Shown: piece after piece, positions 50,758 through 61,618 of the stretch
Layout: each line of letters starts with the position of its first letter
How positions within the stretch are numbered: the first letter of the stretch is position 1
NCBI RefSeq assembly: GCF_035273305.1
Contig: NZ_DATEPI010000104.1
Coordinates: forward strand, 4,979-68,978
DNA length: 64,000 nucleotides
Reading direction: 5' to 3'
Source: Bradyrhizobium sp.
GTDB taxonomy: Bacteria > Pseudomonadota > Alphaproteobacteria > Rhizobiales > Xanthobacteraceae
Translations under genes and position numbers: made by a program
The notes under the pieces: model-generated
Database searches by the model: none
What the model was told of the DNA's origin: nothing
The model's input: only the letters and a program-made list of their open reading frames with translations

Positions 50758-51564
50758 ATGCAGGATTTGATGAAGGGCAAGCGCGGTTTGATCATGGGCA
50801 TCGCTAATGATCATTCGATTGCTTGGGGCATTGCCAAAGTCCTTGCAGCCCACCGAGCCGAACTGGCCTTTACTTATCAGGGCGAGGCGGTCGGAAAGCG
50901 CGTCAAACCGCTGGCGGAACAGCTTGGGGTTCGCACGGTGCTGCCCTGTGACGTCGAAGACATCGCCAGCGTCGATTCAGCATTCGCGACCTTGCGAGAA
51001 AAATGGACGCACCTGGATTTTCTCGTCCATGCGATTGGTTTCACCGACAAGAACGAGCTTCGTGGCCGCTATGCCGACACCACGCGCGAGAACTTTTCAC
51101 GCACAATGGTGATCTCGTGCTTCTCGTTCACTGAACTGGCCAAGCGCGCAACGGAGATGATGCCGGAAACGGGCGGCTCCATTATCACGCTGACGTTCGG
51201 AGGTTCGACTCGGGTGATGCCCAACTACAACGTCATGGGCGTTGTGAAGGCGGCGCTGGAAGCCTCCGTACGCTATCTCGCCTTCGATTTTGGCAGACAG
51301 AAAATCCGGGTCAACGCGATTTCAGCGGGACCGGTCCGTACGCTCGCTGGTGCCGTGATCGGTGACTCCCGCGCGATGTTTGCGTTTCAGCAGAAGCACT
51401 CGCCGCTCGGGCGCGGTGTTTCGCTCGATGAACTCGGGGGGGCAGCGCTATACCTGTTATCTGATCTGTCGACCGGCGTGACCGGGGAAATCCATTATGT
51501 GGATTCCGGCTACAACATCATTTCGATGCCGCGACCGGAAGATCTCAAGAATGTCGCAGAATAA
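50758..51564 (+). CDS. fabI: Enoyl-ACP reductase
   Basis: GLIMGIANDHSIAWGIA, YNVMGVVK, VNAISAGP.RT; ATG 50758. Confidence 0.95.
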   Translation: MQDLMKGKRGLIMGIANDHSIAWGIAKVLAAHRAELAFTYQGEAVGKRVKPLAEQLGVRTVLPCDVEDIASVDSAFATLREKWTHLDFLVHAIGFTDKNELRGRYADTTRENFSRTMVISCFSFTELAKRATEMMPETGGSIITLTFGGSTRVMPNYNVMGVVKAALEASVRYLAFDFGRQKIRVNAISAGPVRTLAGAVIGDSRAMFAFQQKHSPLGRGVSLDELGGAALYLLSDLSTGVTGEIHYVDSGYNIISMPRPEDLKNVAE

Positions 51565-51565
51565 G

Positions 51566-52162
51566 TTATCCTGCCGCAATCGCGCTCGCCCGTTGGAATG
51601 CCGGTCGCGCCGCGCAGCGATCAATGTAGCGCTCGAATGATGGGCGCGACGGCGCCATCTTGAACAGCCGCACCGCGAAATTCAGTCCCGATCCAATCGC
51701 GACATCGGCGGCCGAAAAAGTTTCCCCGAGAATCCACGGACCTTTCTGCAGAGCGGCGTCAAGCACGTCAAACACCCGCTGCGCGTCACCCCAGCCAGCC
51801 GCCACCGGATTCATTTCGATCTTGGTCGTGAGCTGCACCATGGCAGGCTCGACGCAGCTAGGTGCGAAAAACAGCCAATAAAGATATTTGGCGCGCAGAG
51901 GATCGCCCAGCGGCGGGGCCAGCCTGGATTGCGGATAGCGCTCCGCCACGTAAGCACAGATCGCCGCCGCTTCCGCAAGCGTCGCTTCACCGTCCCGAAG
52001 AGCCGGCACCTTGCCCATCGGATTGATGACGAGATATTCGGGCGTCTTCTGGGCGCCCTTGAAGACATCGATTAGCACGCGTTCGTAGGGTTCGCCGGTT
52101 TCTTCCATCAGCCATAGCGAGGAGAATGAACGCGTGCGCGGCGACCAATAGAGCTTCATCAT
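51566..52162 (-). CDS. Glutathione S-transferase family protein
   Basis: INPMGKVPAL, LAEAAAIC.Y, FSAADV. Confidence 0.88.
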   Translation of the reverse strand: MMKLYWSPRTRSFSSLWLMEETGEPYERVLIDVFKGAQKTPEYLVINPMGKVPALRDGEATLAEAAAICAYVAERYPQSRLAPPLGDPLRAKYLYWLFFAPSCVEPAMVQLTTKIEMNPVAAGWGDAQRVFDVLDAALQKGPWILGETFSAADVAIGSGLNFAVRLFKMAPSRPSFERYIDRCAARPAFQRASAIAAG

Positions 52163-52184
52163 CGCGAGTTTGCCTCCTAGAGAT

Positions 52185-52649
52185 TCAACTGAGTGCGCTG
52201 GACGATTTCCAACGATAGTACTTCATCGTAAATCCGGTCATCGGCTCGACGGCTTCCTTTTCGAACGCAAACCCTTCACGCTCGTACCAGCGCCATGCCT
52301 TCTCATTCTCGCGCACGCAACGCAACGAGATTTCGTCGGGCAATTGCTGACGAGTGAACGCGAGCAGTCTGCGGCCGATACTTCGGCCCTGATATTCCGG
52401 CGCAACGAACAGCTGGTCGAGATGATGCTCCGCCAGATGCAACGCCAACATCGCCGCGATATTACCGGCATCATCGGCGACGAACAAATTCCAGCCCTTC
52501 TCCATTTCCTTTGAAATCCGCGCCCGCAGGTTGGCAAGCAGGAAGTTGCTCGGCTGTTCAAGTCCGGTCGAGACCCAGCTATTCATCCAGACCCGCGCGA
52601 TCTCGGGATATTCATCGGTCCGGGCATGGCGAATAGTTGGCGGCGGCAT
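52185..52649 (-). CDS. GNAT-family N-acetyltransferase
   Basis: Motif A LFVAPEYQGRSIG and motif B NEKAWRWYEREGF. Confidence 0.85.
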   Translation of the reverse strand: MPPPTIRHARTDEYPEIARVWMNSWVSTGLEQPSNFLLANLRARISKEMEKGWNLFVADDAGNIAAMLALHLAEHHLDQLFVAPEYQGRSIGRRLLAFTRQQLPDEISLRCVRENEKAWRWYEREGFAFEKEAVEPMTGFTMKYYRWKSSSALS

Positions 52650-52906
52650 AAGGCGATCCTTGCTCGAGCAGCATCCCGAGCGAGGCTACTATGCTTTCTA
52701 TACAAGGATCGAGCCTGCAAGCGAAACGCGCCGCTAGAGCTACAACCGACCTCTTCAACGCGATACGCCGCGCAGACCGAACGTACTATTGTCGCCCGCG
52801 CATGTCGAGAATCTGTTCCGCCGCCGTTGTCATCGACGAGGGCTTGGTGGCATGATCCAGGCTTCGCTCCAGCGGTTCGCGGAGAGCTTCATCGGGGGAA
52901 TTGCAG

Positions 52907-53602
52907 ATGTCACGAGAGTTGAGCGCAGAATTTATCGGCACGTTTACGCTCGTAACCGCCGTGTGCGGCGCCGCCTTGTTCTCGGCGCCAAGCGCCGGAC
53001 TAATTGCCGTGGCATTTGCCGTAGGGCTCTCAGTCGTAGCTATGGCCTACGCGGTGGGCTCTATATCGGGGGGTCATTTCAATCCGGCGGTGACATGCGG
53101 ACTGGTGGCGGCGGGCCGCTTCGAGGCCGGCAAGGCAATTCCCTACATCATCGCGCAGGTGATCGGCGGGTTGGCCGCGGCGGCAATTTTCTACATCATT
53201 CTGCAGGGTGCGCCAGCGACAGGCAAATGGAACACCTTTCTCGCAGTGTCCAATACCTATGGCGGCTCGGGCTTTTCGATGCTGAGCGCGGGCTTGATCG
53301 AGGTCGTTATCACCGCGCTATTCATACTGGTGATCGTCAGCGTTACGTCGCCGCGCGCGCCGGCCGGATTCGCTCCGCTCGCGATCGGCCTCGCATTGGT
53401 GCTGTTTCACCTGGTCGCCATTCCCGTCTCCAACGCGTCGCTGAACCCGGCGCGCTCGACGGCAACCGCGGTATTCGGCGGAACGGCGGCTTTGGCCTCG
53501 CTGTGGCTGTTCTGGGTTGCGCCCATTGTCGGCGGCATTATCGGCGGCGTCGTTGGGAAATGGCTGCATGCCGAATATCTCAGGGGTCCCGTGAACCCGT
53601 AG
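52907..53602 (+). CDS. aqpZ: MIP-family channel (AqpZ-like, altered filter)
   Basis: AEFIGTF, ISGGHFNPAV, SLNPARS; six hydrophobic helices. Confidence 0.85.
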   Translation: MSRELSAEFIGTFTLVTAVCGAALFSAPSAGLIAVAFAVGLSVVAMAYAVGSISGGHFNPAVTCGLVAAGRFEAGKAIPYIIAQVIGGLAAAAIFYIILQGAPATGKWNTFLAVSNTYGGSGFSMLSAGLIEVVITALFILVIVSVTSPRAPAGFAPLAIGLALVLFHLVAIPVSNASLNPARSTATAVFGGTAALASLWLFWVAPIVGGIIGGVVGKWLHAEYLRGPVNP

Positions 53603-53658
53603 AACATCGGTCCATGCGTCGCTTGCTCAGCACGCTAACGCAGATGCGGTGCGCAAAT

Positions 53659-53686
53659 AAAAAGGGCGGCTGAAAAGCCGCCCTTT
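53659..53686 (-). terminator. Intrinsic terminator after pnp (possibly bidirectional)
   Basis: AAAGGGCGGCT-GAAA-AGCCGCCCTTT, with a T-run on the minus strand. Confidence 0.85.
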
Positions 53687-53714
53687 GTCGTTTTATCGAA
53701 ATGCTTGCGAAAAC

Positions 53715-55868
53715 TTATTCGCCGGCCGCTTCACGCGGCGCAGCCTCGGTTCTCTGCTTGGCCTCGAGATCTTCGCCGGTCGTCTGATCGACAGCTTTCA
53801 TTGACAAGCGGGTCTTGCCGCGATCGTCGAAGCCGAGCAGTTTGACCTTCACCTTGTCACCTTCCTTGACCACATCGGAGGTCTTCTGCACGCGGTTGGC
53901 CGCGAGCTGGCTGATGTGGACGAGACCGTCCTTGGCGCCGAAGAAATTCACGAAGGCGCCAAATTCCATCACCTTCACCACAGTGCCATCGTAGATCTGT
54001 CCGATCTCCGGGTCCGAGGCGATCGATTTGATCCACTTGATGGCGGCCTTGATCGATTCGCCGTCGGCGGAGGCGACCTTGACGGTGCCATCGTCGTCGA
54101 TATTGACCTTGGCACCGGTTTTCTCGACGATTTCACGGATCACCTTGCCGCCGGTGCCGATCACTTCTCGTATCTTGTCGGTCGGGATTTTGAACGTTTC
54201 GATCCGCGGAGCATATTCGCCGAGCTCGGCGCGCGCGGCGGTGAGCGCCTTGGACATTTCGCTCAGAATATGGATGCGTCCGTCCTTGGCCTGGCCAAGC
54301 GCAACCTTCATGATCTCTTCGGTGATCCCGGCGATCTTGATATCCATTTGCAGCGAGGTGATGCCCTGGTCGGTGCCCGCAACCTTGAAATCCATATCGC
54401 CCAGGTGATCCTCGTCACCTAGAATGTCCGACAACACCGCGAATCGGCTGCCTTCGAGGATGAGGCCCATTGCGATTCCCGCGGTCGGACGCTTCAACGG
54501 AACGCCCGCATCCATCAGCGCCAGAGAGGCGCCGCAAACCGAAGCCATCGATGAGGATCCATTCGACTCCGTGATCTCCGAGACGACCCGCACGGTATAG
54601 GGAAACTCGTGGTGCGGCGGCAGCACCGGATGAATCGCGCGCCAGGCCAGCTTGCCGTGGCCGATTTCACGCCGCTTGGTGCCACCCATCCGGCCGGTTT
54701 CGCCGACGGAGTAGGGAGGGAAGTTATAGTGCAGCAGGAAGGTTTCCTTGTACGTTCCCGACAGCGCGTCGATGTACTGCTCGTCCTCGCCGGTGCCGAG
54801 TGTGGTCACGACCATCGCCTGGGTTTCGCCGCGGGTAAACAGCGCCGAGCCATGCGCGCGCGGCAACACGCCGACTTCGGCGACGATGTTGCGGACGGTC
54901 TTGGAATCGCGGCCGTCGATGCGCTTGCCGGTATCTAGAATGTTCCAGCGAACGATCTTAGCTTCGAGCTCCTTGAATACCGCGGCGACGCGCAGCTTGT
55001 CGTATTTCGCCTCCTGCCCTTCCGCGAAGTAATACGCCATCACCTTTTCCTTGGCCTTGCCGACCGCCGCGTAGCGGTCTTGCTTGACGGGAATGGCGTA
55101 GGCTGCGCGCAGATCGGCCTCGATCAGCCCGAGCATTTCCTTTTCCAGCGCGCTCTCGTCGACGATCTTGACTTCGCGTGGCTCCTTGGCGGCTTTTTCA
55201 GCAAGCTGGATGATCGCATTGATCACCGGCTGGAAGTGGCGGTGACCGAACATCACGGCGCCAAGCATGATCTCTTCGTTGAGTTCCTTGGCTTCCGATT
55301 CCACCATCAACACGGCATCGGCGGTGCCGGCGACGACCAGGTCGAGCTGGGTTTCGACCATTTCGTCCAGCGTCGGATTGAGGACATACTCGTCGTTGAC
55401 GAAGCCGACGCGGGCGGCGCCGATTGGACCTTTGAAGGGAGCGCCCGACAGCGTCAGCGCCGCAGAGGCGGCCACCAGCGCCAGAATATCGGGATCGTTC
55501 TCCATGTCATGCGACAGCGTCGTGACGATGACCTGGGTCTCGTTGCGCCAGCCTTCGACGAACAGCGGGCGGATCGGACGGTCGATCAAACGCGATACCA
55601 GCGTCTCCTTTTCGGTGGGGCGGCCTTCGCGTTTGAAATATCCGCCGGGAATTCGGCCTGCGGCATAGGTCTTTTCCTGATAGTCCACGGTCAGTGGCAG
55701 GAAATCGACGCCTTCGCGGGGCGTCTTCGCGGCGACGACGGTCGCGAGCACAACGGTCTCGCCGTAGGTCGCCACGACCGCGCCGTCGGCCTGGCGGGCG
55801 ATCTTTCCGGTTTCAAGCCTGAGGGGGCGCCCACCCCAGTCGATCTCGACTGAATGAATATTGAACAT
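53715..55868 (-). CDS. pnp: Polyribonucleotide nucleotidyltransferase
   Basis: [49 protein letters not shown] and S1 domains. Confidence 0.98.
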   Translation of the reverse strand: MFNIHSVEIDWGGRPLRLETGKIARQADGAVVATYGETVVLATVVAAKTPREGVDFLPLTVDYQEKTYAAGRIPGGYFKREGRPTEKETLVSRLIDRPIRPLFVEGWRNETQVIVTTLSHDMENDPDILALVAASAALTLSGAPFKGPIGAARVGFVNDEYVLNPTLDEMVETQLDLVVAGTADAVLMVESEAKELNEEIMLGAVMFGHRHFQPVINAIIQLAEKAAKEPREVKIVDESALEKEMLGLIEADLRAAYAIPVKQDRYAAVGKAKEKVMAYYFAEGQEAKYDKLRVAAVFKELEAKIVRWNILDTGKRIDGRDSKTVRNIVAEVGVLPRAHGSALFTRGETQAMVVTTLGTGEDEQYIDALSGTYKETFLLHYNFPPYSVGETGRMGGTKRREIGHGKLAWRAIHPVLPPHHEFPYTVRVVSEITESNGSSSMASVCGASLALMDAGVPLKRPTAGIAMGLILEGSRFAVLSDILGDEDHLGDMDFKVAGTDQGITSLQMDIKIAGITEEIMKVALGQAKDGRIHILSEMSKALTAARAELGEYAPRIETFKIPTDKIREVIGTGGKVIREIVEKTGAKVNIDDDGTVKVASADGESIKAAIKWIKSIASDPEIGQIYDGTVVKVMEFGAFVNFFGAKDGLVHISQLAANRVQKTSDVVKEGDKVKVKLLGFDDRGKTRLSMKAVDQTTGEDLEAKQRTEAAPREAAGE

Positions 55869-55920
55869 TTCGATCTTCTTTCATGGTTTCACGAAAGGCC
55901 TGAAACGCCAGCTCATAAAA

Positions 55921-55984
55921 CCATGCGCAAGATTGCTGGACGCTGGTCGCAATGCGAGGTCAGCGTCCGGCGATCCTGCCATGG
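55921..55984 (-). other. Long imperfect hairpin in the pnp 5' leader
   Basis: Arms CCATGCGCAAGATTGCTGGACGCTGGTCGC / GCGAGGTCAGCGTCCGGCGATCCTGCCATGG around a 3-nt loop. Confidence 0.65.
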
Positions 55985-56238
55985 TCTTGACGTGCTGGAT
56001 GGCTTCATCCTTCCGGTTTGGTGCGGGGTTGAGGCTCTTGAGCCCTTGGCCCTGCGCAACGGGCACCTTGCCCGTCATCGTCCAGTCGCCGGAGTGCTGC
56101 TGGACGAACGTGTATCTGGCGTCAACTCTTCCACGAAAACGTTTCGAAGTTCACGCCCCGAAGCGGGCCCTCGATGGCTCGCATCGGTGTGCGAATGGCT
56201 TGCCGAATACAGTCGATCCGTTTCTTGAAGCCACACGC

Positions 56239-56263
56239 AAAAACGCGCGTCGATCGCGCGCGT
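56239..56263 (-). terminator. Terminator after rpsO
   Basis: ACGCGCG-N7-CGCGCGT followed by TTTT on the minus strand. Confidence 0.6.
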
Positions 56264-56270
56264 ATTCAGC

Positions 56271-56540
56271 TCAACGACGAATGTTGTGCTTTTCGAGCAG
56301 CGCTTTGTAGCGCGCCTCGTCCTTTTTCTTGATGTAATCCAGAAGTGAACGGCGCGTGGATACGAGCTTCAACAGCCCGCGGCGCGAATGGTTGTCCTTT
56401 ACGTGGGTCTTGAAGTGCCCGGTGAGATTATTGATGCGTTCCGAGAGGATAGCGACCTGAACCTCAGGCGAGCCGGTGTCGCCGGCCTTGGTGGCGTTCG
56501 TCTTGATGACTTCCGATTTGCGTTCGGCAGTAATCGACAT
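56271..56540 (-). CDS. rpsO: 30S ribosomal protein S15
   Basis: [31 protein letters not shown]. Confidence 0.98.
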   Translation of the reverse strand: MSITAERKSEVIKTNATKAGDTGSPEVQVAILSERINNLTGHFKTHVKDNHSRRGLLKLVSTRRSLLDYIKKKDEARYKALLEKHNIRR

Positions 56541-56542
56541 CG

Positions 56543-57661
56543 TCAAACACTTTCCTGGTTGCGAGCCGGACTGGCAGTCAGTCCGGTCAGGTTGAACACG
56601 CGCTTGGGGATGAGTTCGCCATTGCCAATTTCGGCGAGGGCCAGAAGTCGGCCTGCCACCGTGACATAGACTGTGCCGCTACAATTGGGCGCATCCCGTC
56701 CGCGCAACAAAACGGCCTGGCCCCGGTGGAGCCTTGCCGCATCAGCCCGTGTGACGGCCAGTGCCGGGATGTCGTCCAGCGCGGTCTCAACGGGCAAAAG
56801 CGCGTCGGCGAGGCTGCCCTCGCCAGACGCGGCTCTATCGCACAAAGCCTGCAGCTGTTCCAGCAGAATCATGTCCGATTCGGTGAACGGACCGACCAGC
56901 GTCCGCCGCAGCGAGCAGATATGGCCGTAACAGCCCAGCAATCGCCCAATATCGCGGGCCAGCGCCCGGACGTAGGTTCCCTTGCCGCACTCCGCCTCGA
57001 ACACGGAATGCGTGCTATCTGGCTGTTCCACAAGCACTAAATGGTGGATCTCGACCGGGCGGGGCTTCAATTCGACGGTTTCGCCGTCCCGCGCCAGATC
57101 ATAGGCGCGCTCGCCCTGGACTTTGATCGCGGAATATTGCGGCGGGATCTGCTCGATCAAGCCCGTGAACCGCGGCAGCAACTCCTCGATCGCCTCGACG
57201 GACGGGCGGGCTTCGCTGCTCCTGACGACGCGGCCCTCGGTATCGTCGGTATCACGTTCCTCGCCCCAGCATACCGTGAAGCGATAGCGCTTGCGGCCGT
57301 CCATCACGAAAGGCACCGTCTTGGTGGCCTCGCCGAGCGCAATCGGCAGCCCGCCGGAGGCCAGCGGATCGAGCGTTCCGGCGTGGCCCGCGCGCTTGGC
57401 CTGGAACAGCCGCTTCACTACCGCCACCGCGTGGGTCGAGGTCATGCCGATCGGTTTGTCGAGAATGACCCAACCATGCACATCGCGCTTGTCGCGCCGA
57501 GGCTCGCCAGCCTGACGCGGCTGCTTGCCGTTGCGACGGTCCTGATCGCGTTCATCACTATTCGGTGCTGCTCCAAGCGGCTCCCGAGAATTATTTTTTT
57601 CGCCGTCGTGCGGATCGGCATTCTGCGGCTCGAATTCGCTGCCGGCGCTGGTCACGATCAT
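56543..57661 (-). CDS. truB: tRNA pseudouridine(55) synthase
   Basis: [39 protein letters not shown]; start uncertain. Confidence 0.95.
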   Translation of the reverse strand: MIVTSAGSEFEPQNADPHDGEKNNSREPLGAAPNSDERDQDRRNGKQPRQAGEPRRDKRDVHGWVILDKPIGMTSTHAVAVVKRLFQAKRAGHAGTLDPLASGGLPIALGEATKTVPFVMDGRKRYRFTVCWGEERDTDDTEGRVVRSSEARPSVEAIEELLPRFTGLIEQIPPQYSAIKVQGERAYDLARDGETVELKPRPVEIHHLVLVEQPDSTHSVFEAECGKGTYVRALARDIGRLLGCYGHICSLRRTLVGPFTESDMILLEQLQALCDRAASGEGSLADALLPVETALDDIPALAVTRADAARLHRGQAVLLRGRDAPNCSGTVYVTVAGRLLALAEIGNGELIPKRVFNLTGLTASPARNQESV

Positions 57662-57665
57662 CAGC

Positions 57666-58085
57666 TCACTCTTCCGAATCTTGCGAATCTGGCGCGAGGT
57701 CTCTTTGCACCGCAGATGTTCGCAGTAATTTCTCTATTCGTTCCGCTTCATCGAATCGATCGTCCGCGCGGAAGCGGATATCAGGCGCAAATTTTAAGTT
57801 AACGCGCCGCGCAATTTCCCCGCGCAGGAATTTCTTGTTTCGCTCCAACGCCGCAATCACGATTTCGGTGTCGCGGCCACCGAGCGGCATCACGTAGATG
57901 GTCGCAAGCTTGAGATCGGTCGACATCCGCACTTCTGGCACGGTGATGATATGGCCTTCGAGGTCTGCGTCATGAACGTTGCCTTGCGAAAGTATCTCAG
58001 CGAGGGCGTGGCGAATGGTTTCACCAACCCGTAGCTGGCGCTGCGAGCCGCCGGGCGCGGAGTCCTTTTTATGGTGACGGGGCAT
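57666..58085 (-). CDS. rbfA: Ribosome-binding factor A
   Basis: [38 protein letters not shown]; ATG 58085. Confidence 0.95.
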   Translation of the reverse strand: MPRHHKKDSAPGGSQRQLRVGETIRHALAEILSQGNVHDADLEGHIITVPEVRMSTDLKLATIYVMPLGGRDTEIVIAALERNKKFLRGEIARRVNLKFAPDIRFRADDRFDEAERIEKLLRTSAVQRDLAPDSQDSEE

Positions 58086-58254
58086 GAATCTGTTTCTCAA
58101 TGACTTCATGGGATCGAGCCGCGCGCAAAGAGCTACGCTTCTCGCCATGAACGTTAGGCTAACCTTAGGCTTCAGTGTGTGGCCTGATCCAGGAAGCGGC
58201 TGCTTGGCCGCGTCTCGAATTATCAGGCCGCCGTAGCGCTTGTGAGACTTGGAC

Positions 58255-60858
58255 TCACAGCGAGCGCTGGATGGTCTCCACGCGATAGCATTCGATGACG
58301 TCGCCGACGCGCATGTCGCCATAGTTCTCGAATGCCATGCCGCATTCCTGCCCGGACTGCACTTCCTTTACTTCATCCTTGAAGCGCTTGAGCGTCGACA
58401 GCTTGCCTTCGTGCACAACGACATTGTCGCGAATCAGCCGAACGTTGGCGCCGCGTTCCACGGTGCCATCGGTGACGCGACAGCCCGCGACCTTGCCGAC
58501 TTTGGAGATGTTGAACACCTCCAGGATCTGCGCGTTGCCGAGCATGGTCTCGCGCAGCGTCGGCGCGAGCAACCCGGACATCGCTTTTTTCACGTCATCC
58601 ACGAGATCGTAGATGATGTTGTAGTAACGGATTTCGATGCCGTTGCGCTTTGCCGCAGCGGCCGCTTCCTTGTGGGCGCGTACGTTGAAGCCGATGATCG
58701 CGGCATTGAAGCCTTCCGCCAGCGTCACGTCGGATTCCGAAATGCCACCGACGCCGGCATGCAGGATGCGCGCGGCGACTTCCTCGGTACCGAGTTTCTC
58801 CAGCGAACCGAGGATCGCTTCGAGCGATCCCTGCACGTCTGCTTTGACGATCAGCGGGAAGTCCTTGCGACCCGAGGTCTTGAGCTGCGACATCATCTGC
58901 TCGAGCGAACCGCGCATGCCGGAGATGCTGGCGGCGGCATTCTCGCGCTTCTGGTGGGCGCGATAACTCGTCACCTGGCGGGCTCGGGCCTCGTTTTCCA
59001 CCACCGCGAGGCGGTCGCCCGCTTCCGGCGGTCCATTGAAGCCAAGTACTTCGACGGGCACCGAAGGACCGGCTTCCTCGATGGCTTCGCCCTGATCGGA
59101 GATCAGCGCGCGAACGCGGCCCATCTCGGCGCCAGCCACGACGATGTCGCCGACCCGCAGCGTGCCGCGCTGCACCAGCACGGTGGCGACCGGACCGCGA
59201 CCGCGATCGAGCTTGGCTTCGATGACGGTGCCTTCCGCCGGACGCTCCGCATTGGTTTTGAGATCGAGCAATTCGGCTTGCAGTGCGATCATCTCGAGCA
59301 GCTTGTCGAGATTGGTTTTGTTCTTGGCCGAAACTTCGACATCGACGACGTCGCCGCCGAGCGATTCGACCTGAACCTCGTGCTGCAGCAGTTCAGTTCG
59401 AACCCGCTCCGGCTTCGCGTCGGGCTTATCGATCTTGTTGATGGCTACGATCATCGGAACTTTCGCAGCCTTGGCGTGATTGATCGCCTCGACCGTCTGC
59501 GGCATCACACCGTCGTCGGCTGCGACCACCAGGATGACGATGTCGGTCACCTTGGCGCCGCGGGCGCGCATGGCGGTGAACGCGGCGTGACCCGGCGTAT
59601 CGATGAACGTGATCTTCTTGCCGCTTTCCGGCGAACTCACCTGGTAAGCGCCGATATGCTGGGTTATGCCGCCGGCTTCGCCGGACACCACGTTGGCATG
59701 GCGAAGCGCGTCGAGCAGCGAGGTCTTGCCGTGGTCGACGTGGCCCATCACGGTCACGACCGGCGAACGCGGCTCGGTGTCCGTGGAATCATCGACGGTG
59801 TCGAACAAACCTTCCTCAACGTCCGCGGCGGCTACGCGCTTCACCGTATGGCCGAGTTCCTCAGCGATCAGTTGCGCGGTATCGGCGTCGATCACGTCGG
59901 TGATCTTGTGCATCGCGCCCTGTTTCATCAACAGCCGGATCACATCGACCGCGCGCTCGGACATGCGGTTGGCGAGTTCCTGGATGTTGATAGCCTCCGG
60001 GATGACCACTTCGCGAACCAGCTTTTCCTTTGGCTCGTTCGACGCATGTCCTTTCAGGCGCTGAGTGCGGCGACGGAAAGAAGCAATCGAGCGCTCGCGA
60101 ACATCATCGGCGTTGAGCGCGGTGACGAGCGTCAGTCGCCCGCGCTGCTTCTGCGGCGATGGTTTCGCGGTGGTCTTGGGGGCTGCGGCGGGACGCACGG
60201 CGCCGCCAGGACCGCGACGGACCTGGCGCGGACCTTCGTCCTCGTCGGAAATATCGGCCGCAATTCCGGGGGCGCGGGCCGCCGGCAAAGCGGGGCGGCC
60301 AGCGGTCTTGGCTTCGGTCTCGCCGAAACGCTTTTTAGCTTCGAGTTCCGCCTTGCGTCGGGCTTCTTCGTCCTGACGATGGCGCTCTTCCTCGGCCCTG
60401 CGGCGAGCTTCGGCGGCTTCGCGCTCGGCCTGCTCGATACCTTCCTTGCTGTTACGGCGCCGGGCTTCCTCTTCCGCCAGTCGCCTCTCTTCCATGTCAC
60501 GGACTTTTGCGTCAGCAAGCGCACTGGCGCGCGCGCTACGCTCGTCTTCCGTCAGGGTGCGCAGGACCACGCCGGAAGCGGCGCGCGGCGCAGCCGCCGG
60601 CGCTCCAGTGCGCGCGACCGGGGCGCTCGCCGGTGCGGCGGGAGCGGGCTTGGCAAGGGCCGGTTCGGGGGCGCGCGGTTCCGTCGTCGCGGGGCCTTCG
60701 CCGCCAACGCGACGCTTGCCACGCTTTTCGACCACGACCTGCTTGCTGCGGCCATGGCTGAAGCTTTGCTTCACGGTGCCCGTTTCGACCCGCGGCTTGA
60801 GCGTCAAGGTCTTGTTCGGAACACTCAGTTTCCTGTCGCCAGGCGTTTTATCAACCAT
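58255..60858 (-). CDS. infB: Translation initiation factor IF-2
   Basis: [41 protein letters not shown]. Confidence 0.98.
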   Translation of the reverse strand: MVDKTPGDRKLSVPNKTLTLKPRVETGTVKQSFSHGRSKQVVVEKRGKRRVGGEGPATTEPRAPEPALAKPAPAAPASAPVARTGAPAAAPRAASGVVLRTLTEDERSARASALADAKVRDMEERRLAEEEARRRNSKEGIEQAEREAAEARRRAEEERHRQDEEARRKAELEAKKRFGETEAKTAGRPALPAARAPGIAADISDEDEGPRQVRRGPGGAVRPAAAPKTTAKPSPQKQRGRLTLVTALNADDVRERSIASFRRRTQRLKGHASNEPKEKLVREVVIPEAINIQELANRMSERAVDVIRLLMKQGAMHKITDVIDADTAQLIAEELGHTVKRVAAADVEEGLFDTVDDSTDTEPRSPVVTVMGHVDHGKTSLLDALRHANVVSGEAGGITQHIGAYQVSSPESGKKITFIDTPGHAAFTAMRARGAKVTDIVILVVAADDGVMPQTVEAINHAKAAKVPMIVAINKIDKPDAKPERVRTELLQHEVQVESLGGDVVDVEVSAKNKTNLDKLLEMIALQAELLDLKTNAERPAEGTVIEAKLDRGRGPVATVLVQRGTLRVGDIVVAGAEMGRVRALISDQGEAIEEAGPSVPVEVLGFNGPPEAGDRLAVVENEARARQVTSYRAHQKRENAAASISGMRGSLEQMMSQLKTSGRKDFPLIVKADVQGSLEAILGSLEKLGTEEVAARILHAGVGGISESDVTLAEGFNAAIIGFNVRAHKEAAAAAKRNGIEIRYYNIIYDLVDDVKKAMSGLLAPTLRETMLGNAQILEVFNISKVGKVAGCRVTDGTVERGANVRLIRDNVVVHEGKLSTLKRFKDEVKEVQSGQECGMAFENYGDMRVGDVIECYRVETIQRSL

Positions 60859-60908
60859 TCAGCAGTCCTAATCTCGTTCGTCGTGCGCATCCGCACATTC
60901 AGTATCGG

Positions 60909-61601
60909 CTAATTCTTAACCGCATTGCCGGTCGTCTTGTCGTCGTCCGCCATCCGGTATTGGACCAGGCTCTGGCTGCGCGACAGGAATGTCTTACTCG
61001 CCGGGCCCGCGAGCAGCGCAGCATGTACCACATTTGACCGGCCTAGTGCCAAATCCAATTCTTCGGAGGTCAAGGCCGTGAGCACCGGAAACTGCTTGGA
61101 TTCATCGTTAACTCCGGCATTCTGCCTGACGATGGCATCCAATTTCCGGATTCCATCGGCGGCCCCGTCCGAAGCATGGATCAGCGCCTGGATCGAGGCT
61201 TGGGTTTGCCGTGACCTGAGGGCTTCCTCGACCCTGCCAAAGCCGCATATCACCTGGCCAGCCTTGGCGGCCATGGCAAGCGCCTCGATCGCGCTGCGCG
61301 CCAGCAGCGCTTCCGTATCGGTTGCGAGACTGGGAGAAACGCGGACTTCGCGCTTGAAGCCCTTGCTAAATTGGTGACGCCGGACAGCTTCCGCAACCGC
61401 GCGGCGCGAAGCGGAAATCCACATGCCCCGACCCGGCAACTTTCGTTTCAAGTCCGGAATCACCTCGCCCGCAGGCGAGACGACAAAGCGGATCAGCTCA
61501 TCAATCGACCGCACCTGCCGCGCGACTGCGCACATCCGCACCGTCGCGGACCTGTCGGTCCGCGGTCCGTTGTCGAGATCGGGGCAGGCGAGAGCTGGCA
61601 T
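60909..61601 (-). CDS. YlxR/DUF448 RNA-binding protein with L7Ae-like C-terminal domain
   Basis: RMCAVAR...LIRFV..P...PGRGMWI; position between nusA and infB. Confidence 0.8.
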   Translation of the reverse strand: MPALACPDLDNGPRTDRSATVRMCAVARQVRSIDELIRFVVSPAGEVIPDLKRKLPGRGMWISASRRAVAEAVRRHQFSKGFKREVRVSPSLATDTEALLARSAIEALAMAAKAGQVICGFGRVEEALRSRQTQASIQALIHASDGAADGIRKLDAIVRQNAGVNDESKQFPVLTALTSEELDLALGRSNVVHAALLAGPASKTFLSRSQSLVQYRMADDDKTTGNAVKN

Positions 61602-61618
61602 GCGGGGGACATAGCTCC

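Noticed and set aside
48829-51564. irr-fabA-fabB-fabI cluster as a novel system
   Set aside because: Intact ordinary enzymes in an arrangement I recall as common in rhizobia.
55881-56078. 65-aa ORF in the rpsO-pnp spacer
   Set aside because: Overlaps a structured leader; no homology cue.
58249-60912. 887-aa ORF antisense to infB, and similar long antisense ORFs over rpsA, trpB, nusA and pnp
   Set aside because: Mirror frames of conserved high-GC genes; no recognisable motifs, typical of codon-bias shadow ORFs.
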